Source of the DNA: Corallococcus soli
GTDB taxonomy: Bacteria; Myxococcota; Myxococcia; Myxococcales; Myxococcaceae
Direction of reading: 5' to 3'
Assembly (NCBI RefSeq): GCF_014930455.1
Contig: NZ_JAAIYO010000008.1
Location: forward strand, 224,367-288,366
Length of the DNA stretch: 64,000 nucleotides
Of the stretch, positions 1 to 7,394 are shown piece by piece. Numbering within the stretch: the first letter of the stretch is position 1; each line of letters begins with the position of its first letter. The position numbers and the translations under genes are program-made. The notes beneath the pieces were generated by a model. That model had not been told where the DNA came from and made no database searches. It saw nothing but the letters and a program-made list of their open reading frames with translations.

Positions 1-29
1 GGTGACACCGCCCACGGGGGCCAGGGAGG

Positions 30-812
30 ATGGCGGACATGAGGATGGAACAGGTCGACGAGACGCTGGAGCGCATCCGCCGCGAGGTCGCGCGGACGCC
101 GGACGGTGTGCTGGCCTTCGATGGGGACGGCACCCTGTGGAGCGGGGACGTGGGGGACGACCTGTTCCTCGCGCTGCTGGAGCACGGCGGTGTGCGGCCC
201 GAGGCCCGGGTGGCGCTGGAGCGGCTGGGCGCCCTGCACGGCGTGGAGGCGCACCCGGACGCGGTGACGCTGGCGCGCGGGCTGTTCGCGGCGTTCGAGG
301 CCGGACGGCTGCCGGAGAAGGACACCTACGAGATGATGGCGTGGGTGTTCGCGGGCTGGCACGCGGACGAGGTGCGCGGCTTCGCCCACGACGTCGTGGC
401 GCGCAAGGGCGTGGCCGGCCGCATCCACCCGGAGGCCCTTCGGGTGGTGGAGTGGGCGCGTGGCCAGGGCGTGGATTGCTATGTCGTCAGCGCGTCTCCG
501 CGCGCGGTGGTGGAGGCCGCGGTGCGCGAAGTGGGCCTGACGGCGGAGTTCGTGCTGGCCTGCACGCCGAGGGAAGAGAACGGACGCCTGCTGACGTCCG
601 TCTTCGATCCCGTCCCCTACGGCCCCGGGAAGGTGAGCTGTCTGCGGCAGCGCACGGACCGGCCGCTGTGCGCCGCCTTCGGTGACAACGTGTTCGACCT
701 GGACCTGCTCGCGGCCGCGCGTGTCCCGGTGGCCATCCGCCCCAAGCCACGGCTGCGCGAGCGCGCGTCGGAGCTCCCGGCCCTGGTGCAGTTGCAGCCC
801 GAAACGGCCTGA
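30..812 (+). CDS. HAD-superfamily hydrolase (HAD-IB, phosphoserine-phosphatase-like)
   Basis: 260-aa ORF with the HAD motif I DGDGTLW near the N-terminus. A strong SD (GGGAGG) sits directly upstream of ATG 30. Codon usage matches the surrounding genome. The alternative-frame ORF 2..685 is Arg/Gly-rich and was rejected. Confidence 0.75.
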   Translation: MADMRMEQVDETLERIRREVARTPDGVLAFDGDGTLWSGDVGDDLFLALLEHGGVRPEARVALERLGALHGVEAHPDAVTLARGLFAAFEAGRLPEKDTYEMMAWVFAGWHADEVRGFAHDVVARKGVAGRIHPEALRVVEWARGQGVDCYVVSASPRAVVEAAVREVGLTAEFVLACTPREENGRLLTSVFDPVPYGPGKVSCLRQRTDRPLCAAFGDNVFDLDLLAAARVPVAIRPKPRLRERASELPALVQLQPETA

Positions 813-828
813 AGCACGCGGCGGTGGA

Positions 829-854
829 GCGCGGCCCCGTGGAAGGGGCCGCGC
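829..854. terminator. Perfect 10-bp GC stem-loop (GCGCGGCCCC-gtggaa-GGGGCCGCGC) between convergent genes
   Basis: Read directly from the sequence. It lies between the HAD stop (812) and the stop of the OmpA-family gene (870). There is no T-tract, so it is a candidate bidirectional hairpin terminator only. Confidence 0.4.
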
Positions 855-869
855 CCACCGGATGCAGCG

Positions 870-2660
870 CTACTTGACCGCGCCCGACACCGGGACGAAC
901 TGCACCCGGCGGTTCTCGCTCTTGCCCTCGGGCGTGTCGTTGGTCGCCAGCGGACGGTCGGGGCCGAAGCCCTTCGCCTCCATCCGGGAGCCCGCGATGC
1001 CCTTCTGGATGAGGTACGCGCGCACCCGCTCCGCGCGCTGCTGGCTCAGCGTGCGGTTGAGCTCATCCGGACCGCTGTTGTCCGTGTGGCCCTCGACCCG
1101 GATCGTGAGCTGGGGGTTCGCCTTCAGGTAGTCCGCGATGGCGTCCAACTGGCGCTGCTCGTCCTCCTGGAACTCCGCCAGGCCCGACGGGAAGCGGACG
1201 TGGTGCTCCAGCGGCGACTTCGTCGGCTTCGCGGGGGGCGGCTCCTCGGCGGGGCAACCCCGGTTCTCCGCGGTGCCGGCCTGGTTCGGGCACGCGTCCT
1301 CGCCATCCGGGACGCCGTCCTTGTCCGTGTCCTTCGCGGGGCAGCCACGGTTCTCCGCGGTGCCGGCCTCGTTCGGGCAGGCGTCCTCTCCGTCCGGGAC
1401 GCCGTCCTTGTCCGTGTCCGTCACCGTCGCGGGGCAGCCGCCGTTCTCCGGGGTGCCAGCTTCCTGCGGGCACTTGTCCTCGTCGTCCGGGACGCCGTCC
1501 TTGTCCGCGTCCGGCGCGGGGCAGCCCTGGTAGCGCGGCAGGCCCTTCTCGGAGGAGCACTTGTCCTCGCGATCCACCACGCCGTCGCCGTCCGAGTCCG
1601 TGTCCGGGCAGCCGCCGTTCTCCACCGAGCCGGCTTCCAACGGGCACTTGTCCTGGCCGTTGCGCACCGAATCGCCGTCGTCATCCTGGTCCGGGCACTC
1701 GGCCGGCGTGTGGCTGCGGCCGCTCTGGCACTTGTCCTCACGCGCGGGCTTGTGCGCGTACGCGATGCCGCCCGCGAAGCGGAGCGACGGTGTGCCCGGG
1801 ATGTCCGTGAAGCCGTGGCCACCGATGGCGAACGCCTCGAAGCCGGAGCCGCCCAGGGGCAGGCGCACGCCTCCCAGCAGCTCCAGGGCGAAGTCCGACT
1901 CCACCAGGGACTCGGCGGCCTGCAACGCGACCTCCGCGCGCAGCCCCTCGCCGCGCGTCGCCACCACCACGCCCTGCTCCAGCTCGGTGCCCACGTCGCG
2001 GCCGGGCTCGACCTCGCGCGAGCGGATCCGCACGCCCGCGTTGGCGCCCAGGACCACGGGGCCCACCTCGCGGCTCACCGCCACGCGGGGCGCGAACTGG
2101 AACCCCGCCCAGCCCTGCTGCCGGCCGAACGCGTCCGCGGTGCCACCCGGAATCCCGATGTCCAGGCCCAGGCCGAGGAACACCGGGTCTCCGTCCTCGC
2201 GGCGCAGGAGCGCGTAGCGCGCCCCCAGCTCCGGCGTCCCCAGGCCGAAGGACTTCGGCTCCGACACGCCGACCAGCGACCCGGCGCCGCTTCCTGCCTG
2301 GTGGATGATCACCGGCAGCTTCGCGGACAGCTCCAGGTTCTGGATGGGCGACCACGCGCCCGCGAGCCAGCCGGAGGTCCGGTAGTGGATGATGGAGCGC
2401 TCCAGCCCGTCGCTGCCCTTCAAGAGCAGGATGCCGCGCTCGTGGTGGGCCATGAGGAGCAGGCGGTAGCCGCCCTCGGGGAGCACGTTGCCGGTGTCCA
2501 CCAGCATGGAGTCCGTGCCCGCCGGGGTGAAGCGCAGGCGCTCCAGGTCCAGCGGGACGAGGGGACCGGTGGTCTGCCCGAAGGCAGCGGGTGCGACGGC
2601 GGTGGCCAGCAGCGCGGCCAGCGCCCAGCTCTGAGCCTGGGTACGCAAGGGGAAGTCCAT
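870..2660 (-). CDS. OmpA-family outer-membrane protein with thrombospondin type-3 (TSP3) calcium-binding repeats
   Basis: The C-terminus has the OmpA/MotB peptidoglycan-binding signature (TIRVEGHTDNSGPDELNRTLSQQRAERV). A central array of DxDxDGxxDxxDxC repeats follows the form CPDTDSDGDGVVDREDKC, DKDGVPDDEDKC and so on. The N-terminal signal peptide is MDFPLRTQAQSWALAALLATAVAPAAFG. The start at 2660 was chosen over the ORF-track start at 2705. Confidence 0.85.
   Translation of the reverse strand: MDFPLRTQAQSWALAALLATAVAPAAFGQTTGPLVPLDLERLRFTPAGTDSMLVDTGNVLPEGGYRLLLMAHHERGILLLKGSDGLERSIIHYRTSGWLAGAWSPIQNLELSAKLPVIIHQAGSGAGSLVGVSEPKSFGLGTPELGARYALLRREDGDPVFLGLGLDIGIPGGTADAFGRQQGWAGFQFAPRVAVSREVGPVVLGANAGVRIRSREVEPGRDVGTELEQGVVVATRGEGLRAEVALQAAESLVESDFALELLGGVRLPLGGSGFEAFAIGGHGFTDIPGTPSLRFAGGIAYAHKPAREDKCQSGRSHTPAECPDQDDDGDSVRNGQDKCPLEAGSVENGGCPDTDSDGDGVVDREDKCSSEKGLPRYQGCPAPDADKDGVPDDEDKCPQEAGTPENGGCPATVTDTDKDGVPDGEDACPNEAGTAENRGCPAKDTDKDGVPDGEDACPNQAGTAENRGCPAEEPPPAKPTKSPLEHHVRFPSGLAEFQEDEQRQLDAIADYLKANPQLTIRVEGHTDNSGPDELNRTLSQQRAERVRAYLIQKGIAGSRMEAKGFGPDRPLATNDTPEGKSENRRVQFVPVSGAVK
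1240..1560. repeat. Tandem DNA repeats of about 90 bp encoding the TSP3 units
   Basis: Near-identical units are visible, for example 1251-1340 and 1341-1430, sharing ggggcagccacggttctccgcggtgccggcct.gttcgggca.gcgtcctc.ccatccgggacgccgtccttgtccgtgtcc. Further diverged copies follow. Confidence 0.7.
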
Positions 2661-2708
2661 TCGAGAAAGGAAGGGGCGTGCGGGGCGTTTGGATCCGTGG
2701 CGCATGGC

Positions 2709-5700
2709 TCAGTGCACCCCGCTGACGGTGCGACGGCGGCGCAGGCCGCTCCACGACGCGAGGACCGAGAGGAGCGCCAGCGCGGGGAGCGCGCCATTGC
2801 CGGTGCTCTGGCAGCCGCCTCCGGCGATCTCCACGACGGTGGCCTGGACCCGCACCTGGAACGTGCACTGGGAGGAGTTACCGGCCGCGTCCGTGGCCGT
2901 GACGGTGACCTGCGTGGCCCCCGGCCGGAAGGCGCTGCCCGACGCGGGCGAGGACGTCACCGTCGGCGGCGAGGAGACGGTGTCCGTGGCCGTGGGCTCG
3001 AACGTCACCACCGCGCCGGAGGGCTCGCTCGAGACCACCGACACATCCGCCGGGCAGCTGACGGCGGGCGGCGTGGTGTCCTGCACGATGACGCGGAACG
3101 TGCATGAGACCTGCGAGCTGGGGAGCGTCGCGGTGACGGTCGTGGTGCCCACGGGGAACTGGTCGCCCGAGTCCGCCGAGTAGTCCACCAGCGCGCCGAC
3201 CTGGTCGGGGACCGCGGGCGGATACGTCACGATGGCGCCATTGGCGCCCGTCGCTTCGGCGGTCACGTCCGAGGGGCAGGTGAGGCCCGGGAGCGGCCCG
3301 GCCGTGACGGTGATGGACACGGTGGCCACGTTGCCGTCCTGGGCGCAGTCCCGGGCCCGGAAGGTGAAGCTGTCGTCGCCCACGTAGCCCGGCGTCGGGG
3401 TGTATGTGACGTTGGGCGGCGTACCGCTCAGCGTGCCGTGCTGGGGCGGGGTGACGACGGTGAAGCTCAACACCTGGCCCACATCCGGGTCGGTCCCGGT
3501 GAGGATGATGGCCGCGGGCGTGTCCACCGCCGAGGTGACGGTCTGATCCAGCGCCGTGGGCGCCTGGTTGGCGACCACCTGCACCATGCGTCCGCCGGGA
3601 ATGGCGTTGGCGAAGACGGAGAGCGCGTAGGTGCCCAGCGGCGTGCCGGCGGGAACGGTCACCGTCGCGCGGGTGGACGAGAAGTCGGAGCTGGGGAGCG
3701 TCCAGAGGCGACCGCCCTCCGCGGCCTTCAGGCGCACGAGGGGGAAGTCGGTGGGGGAGTCCAGGTAGCCGCCGCCGCTCGCGCCGGAGATGCCGCGGAA
3801 CAGGAGGCCTTCAAGGACGGTGGGGCAGGCGGCCACCAGGGTCGCCGGGTTGTTCACCACCGGCTTCCACGCGGGCTGGGCGCCGGTGCCGTCGAACAGC
3901 TGGGCGCTGGGCGCGCCCGAACCTCCCGCGACGAGCACGTCCCCCGACGGAAGGGCCACGGCGATGAGGCCTCCCGTCACAGCGGGGGCGTTGGTGGTGC
4001 TCCACGCGCGGGTGGTGGGATCGAAGAGCTCCGCCGAGTCGGCGTAGTCGCCATTGAGGGTCAGCCCGCCCGCGACCAGGACCTTGCCGGAGGGCATCAA
4101 CGAAGCGGTGTGGTGGTACCGCGCCTGCGCGAGCGTCCCGGCCGGGGACCACGCGTTGGTGCCGGGGTCGTAGAGCTCCGCGGACGTGAGCTCCACGAAG
4201 CTCGCGATGCCCGCCACCGCCAGGACCTGCCCGGAAGGCAGCAGCGTCAACGTCAGCTCGTCGCGAGGTTGGGCGAGCGCCGCCGCCGGAGCCCAGGTGT
4301 TGGTCGCGGGATCGTACAGCTCCGCGGAGACAAGGGCTGCACCGCCGGTGTCATGACCGCCCACGACGAGCACCCGACCATCGGTGAGCAACACGGCGGA
4401 ATGCGCGCCGCGCGCGACGGCGAGGGGGGCCGCCGTGGCCCAGGTGTTGGCCGTGGGGTCGTACAACAACGCGGTGTTGAGCACCGTCGCGTTGCGCTGA
4501 CCTCCGACCACGAGCACGCGTCCATCGGGAAGGAGGGTGGCGGTGTGGAGGTGACGCGGAGCGGGGAGCGGGACCACCGGCTCCCAGACGTTGGTGTCGG
4601 GGTTGTAGCGCTCGGCGGAGTCCACCGACGTGCTCACGTTGCGTCCGCCCAGGAGCAGCACCTGACCCGAGGGCAGGAGGGTCGCGGTGGCGCGCTCGCG
4701 GGGAGAGGCGAGGTCGGGCGTGGGGAGCCAGGCGTTGGTCGTCGGGTCATACACCTCCGACACCGCTGACGAGCCGATGTCCGAGCGGCCTCCGGTGACG
4801 AGCACCCGGCCCGTGGGCAGCAGCACTGTTTGGGGATCCGTGCGGGGCGTGCCCATGGCGCCAGCAGGAGACCAGCGGTTGACCGCGGGGTCGTAGAGTT
4901 CGGTCTGCGCGTAGAAGGTGAGGCTGGGGGCACTGGTGTATCCGCCCGTGACCAACACCTTGCCGGTGGGCAGCAGCGTCGCCGTGTGGTTCTCGCGGCC
5001 AATGCTCATCGCGCCTGCGGGGGTCCATGTGCCCGTGCCGGGATCATAGATTTCCGAGACGATCTGCGGGGCCGCGCCGGTGCCGGGGGACCCTCCAGTG
5101 ACCAGGACCCGCCCATCGGGCAGCAGCGTGGCCATGTGGCCCGAGCGCTCGAACGCGAGGCTCGCGGTGGCGGTCCAGGTGTTGGCCGCAGGATCATAGA
5201 GTTCCGAATGGGGGGAGACCCCGCCGCTGGTGAAGCCGCCCGCGAGCAGCACGCGTCCATCCGGCAGCAGGGTGCTGGTGGCGTAGTGCCGGGGGACCAA
5301 GGGGGGGGCCGCGGCGGACCAGGTGCCGGTCGCGGGGTCATAGAGGTCCGCGCCGGGCACTTCGCCTGCCTGATTGAAGCCGCTCACCGCGAGCACCCGC
5401 CCGTCCTTCAGCAGGGTGGCGACGTGCGCGCTCCGGCCCAGGGTCATGGCGCCCGTGGGGAGGAACGTGTTGGTCATGGGGTCGTACAGTTCGGCGGAAG
5501 CGAGCCGGATGCCGCCAGAACCGGTGCCGCCCGCGACCAGCACCTGTCCCGAGTTCAGGAGGGTGAGGGTGGGGAGCCCACGGGTCTGCGCCATGTTGCC
5601 CGTGGCGGACCACGTGCCCGACGCCGGGTCGTAGATGCGTCCCGAGGCGGACCCATCGCTCATGACGAGCACCTGTCCGCTGGGGAGCGGCAAGCCCAGG

Positions 5701-6026
5701 GTGACGTTGCCCTGGATGCCGGAAGCGCCCGCGCCGCGCCAGGCACCGGTCGCCGGATTGAAGAGTTCCGAGGCGGTCACGAAGCCGGTCCGGTTGACCC
5801 CGTTGACGACCAGGAGCTCACCGGAGGGAAGCAGGACGGCGGCATGCTGTGCGCGCTCGCTGGCCATGGGCGCGGTGGCGGCCCAGCCCGGGGGCGAGGC
5901 GAGGGGGGCGCGCGTGGCCCCTTCACCCGGGGGGTGCTCCTTCGTGCCGCAGGCCAGAAGACTCAAGCCCGCGACGAACACCAGGACCCTGCTCCAGACA
6001 GCGTTCTGTGACCGCATCGACGACAC
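2709..6026 (-). CDS. Kelch/galactose-oxidase-like beta-propeller lipoprotein with Ig/HYR-like domains and a C-terminal MYXO-CTERM sorting signal
   Basis: About 14 tandem repeats of the type LLPDGRVLVAGG...YDPATNTW. The N-terminal lipobox is LSLLAC. The extreme C-terminus reads GGGCQSTGNGALPALALLSVLASWSGLRRRR, which is a Cys-Gly motif, then a hydrophobic stretch, then an Arg cluster, and this matches the MYXO-CTERM pattern. It lies 48 bp upstream of the OmpA-family gene on the same strand. Confidence 0.85.
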   Translation of the reverse strand: MSSMRSQNAVWSRVLVFVAGLSLLACGTKEHPPGEGATRAPLASPPGWAATAPMASERAQHAAVLLPSGELLVVNGVNRTGFVTASELFNPATGAWRGAGASGIQGNVTLGLPLPSGQVLVMSDGSASGRIYDPASGTWSATGNMAQTRGLPTLTLLNSGQVLVAGGTGSGGIRLASAELYDPMTNTFLPTGAMTLGRSAHVATLLKDGRVLAVSGFNQAGEVPGADLYDPATGTWSAAAPPLVPRHYATSTLLPDGRVLLAGGFTSGGVSPHSELYDPAANTWTATASLAFERSGHMATLLPDGRVLVTGGSPGTGAAPQIVSEIYDPGTGTWTPAGAMSIGRENHTATLLPTGKVLVTGGYTSAPSLTFYAQTELYDPAVNRWSPAGAMGTPRTDPQTVLLPTGRVLVTGGRSDIGSSAVSEVYDPTTNAWLPTPDLASPRERATATLLPSGQVLLLGGRNVSTSVDSAERYNPDTNVWEPVVPLPAPRHLHTATLLPDGRVLVVGGQRNATVLNTALLYDPTANTWATAAPLAVARGAHSAVLLTDGRVLVVGGHDTGGAALVSAELYDPATNTWAPAAALAQPRDELTLTLLPSGQVLAVAGIASFVELTSAELYDPGTNAWSPAGTLAQARYHHTASLMPSGKVLVAGGLTLNGDYADSAELFDPTTRAWSTTNAPAVTGGLIAVALPSGDVLVAGGSGAPSAQLFDGTGAQPAWKPVVNNPATLVAACPTVLEGLLFRGISGASGGGYLDSPTDFPLVRLKAAEGGRLWTLPSSDFSSTRATVTVPAGTPLGTYALSVFANAIPGGRMVQVVANQAPTALDQTVTSAVDTPAAIILTGTDPDVGQVLSFTVVTPPQHGTLSGTPPNVTYTPTPGYVGDDSFTFRARDCAQDGNVATVSITVTAGPLPGLTCPSDVTAEATGANGAIVTYPPAVPDQVGALVDYSADSGDQFPVGTTTVTATLPSSQVSCTFRVIVQDTTPPAVSCPADVSVVSSEPSGAVVTFEPTATDTVSSPPTVTSSPASGSAFRPGATQVTVTATDAAGNSSQCTFQVRVQATVVEIAGGGCQSTGNGALPALALLSVLASWSGLRRRRTVSGVH

Positions 6027-6289
6027 TCCGATCCGCGAGGCCGGAACGAACGCGACCGCGTCCGCCCGCCGTGAACGACCAGGGAGCGCCTTACCAGTGG
6101 GGTGGGTCCACGGGCAACGCGTGAGAAAAATCCTTCACGGTTGATCCAGGCGCCGGGCGGTGCCGGGCGATGCCTCCGGTGGGTTTCCGTCCTACGCGGA
6201 GGTGGGATGGCACCGGAGGCGTGACGTTCAGGTCCGCAGCCGCCGCTGACCGGGCCACGGTCGCGAGGGAAGGCTTCGCGGTGCTTCCC

Positions 6290-7387
6290 TCACGGCTCGC
6301 GGAGCGCGCGGCGACGCCAGAACTCCTGCTCAGGCCAGCGGCGCTCCAGCGCGTACCACGCCGCCAGGTTGCGTCGGTACGCGGCGTCGATGTCGGCCAG
6401 GGTCCCGGCGTAGTCGCTCGTCGCGGAGGGGTCGCCGGAGAGCGCCCGGTCCGTGGCCTCCGCGGCGGCAAGGCCGGTGAACAGGGCGTTGAACAGGCCC
6501 TGGGAGGAGAGGGGATCAAAGCTCAGCGCCGCGTCCCCGGCCGCAAGCCAACCGTCGCCCACGGGGGACACCAGGACCGAACCGTGGGCGGTGATGACGC
6601 CGGGTGTGCCCGTGTCCTCGAACCGCGTGTCGGAGAGCTGCGCACCCAGGGTGGGGGAGCGCGCCGCGTGGCTCCGCAATCCGGCCGCGGTGCGCAAGGC
6701 CTCCGCCGCGGGGAGGTCCGCGTCGGTGTGCCAGGCCAGCACCCGTCGGCCGTCCGGCAGGGGCGCGGTGTACCACCAGCCGTCGGGCGCGGACTCCGTG
6801 TACGTCAGGCCGCCCCCGGGGCCGCCCGCCGTCCTGGTGCCGTGAAGCCAACCACAGATCAACCGGTCCCGGGCCCGCCTGTCGGCGCCGAAGGGCTTGA
6901 GCAATCCCGACGTCCGCCCGCCGGCATCGATGATCCACCGCGTGGCCACGTCCAGCACCCGCCCGCGGTGCTCCAAGCGCAGGCACCAGCCATCCCCCGT
7001 GCGCTCCAGCCCCACGGGCGAGGCTGGCGCGAGCAACGCGGCGCCCCGAGCCACGGCCGTGGCTCGCAGTCGCTCCTCGAACCGGCGACGGTCCAGGTGC
7101 CAGCCCGGTCCATCCAGGTTGGCGAGCGCGTCCTGCTCACCCAGCGCCTCCGTCCCCCAGCGGCTGCGCGTGACGTGACAGGGGCTGTGCGCGTCCGCGA
7201 GGAAGTCCGCCCACAACCCCATGTCGCTCAAGAGGCGCCGGGCGGCCGGGGCCAGCGACTCCCCGATGCGGTCGGTGGGCTCCGGCCTGCGGTCCACCAG
7301 CAACACCCGCCGGAGCGGCGCGAGGTTCAGCGCGGCGGTGGCACCGGCGGGACCGGCGCCCACGATGACGACGTCGGCGGGCAGCAT
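6290..7387 (-). CDS. FAD-dependent oxidoreductase (LodB/GoxB-like flavoprotein)
   Basis: N-terminal Rossmann motif VVIVGAGPAGATAAL. It is 365 aa and starts 8 bp after the stop of the upstream 982-aa LodA-like gene on the same strand, which mirrors the lodAB/goxAB gene order. Confidence 0.8.
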   Translation of the reverse strand: MLPADVVIVGAGPAGATAALNLAPLRRVLLVDRRPEPTDRIGESLAPAARRLLSDMGLWADFLADAHSPCHVTRSRWGTEALGEQDALANLDGPGWHLDRRRFEERLRATAVARGAALLAPASPVGLERTGDGWCLRLEHRGRVLDVATRWIIDAGGRTSGLLKPFGADRRARDRLICGWLHGTRTAGGPGGGLTYTESAPDGWWYTAPLPDGRRVLAWHTDADLPAAEALRTAAGLRSHAARSPTLGAQLSDTRFEDTGTPGVITAHGSVLVSPVGDGWLAAGDAALSFDPLSSQGLFNALFTGLAAAEATDRALSGDPSATSDYAGTLADIDAAYRRNLAAWYALERRWPEQEFWRRRALREP

Positions 7388-7394
7388 CCGAGCC

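Noticed and set aside
1086-3107. 673-aa plus-strand ORF, and similar very long ORFs: 7221-10385 (+), 14732-17779 (-), 29845-33090 (-), 33853-36192 (+), 36758-38845 (-), 54333-58208 (-), 60956-63388 (-)
   Set aside because: All lie antisense to, or out of frame with, genes that have clear domain content. Their translations are Arg/Ala/Gly/Pro-rich low-complexity strings with no motifs. This is a typical high-GC artefact, because stop codons are rare in 70% GC DNA.
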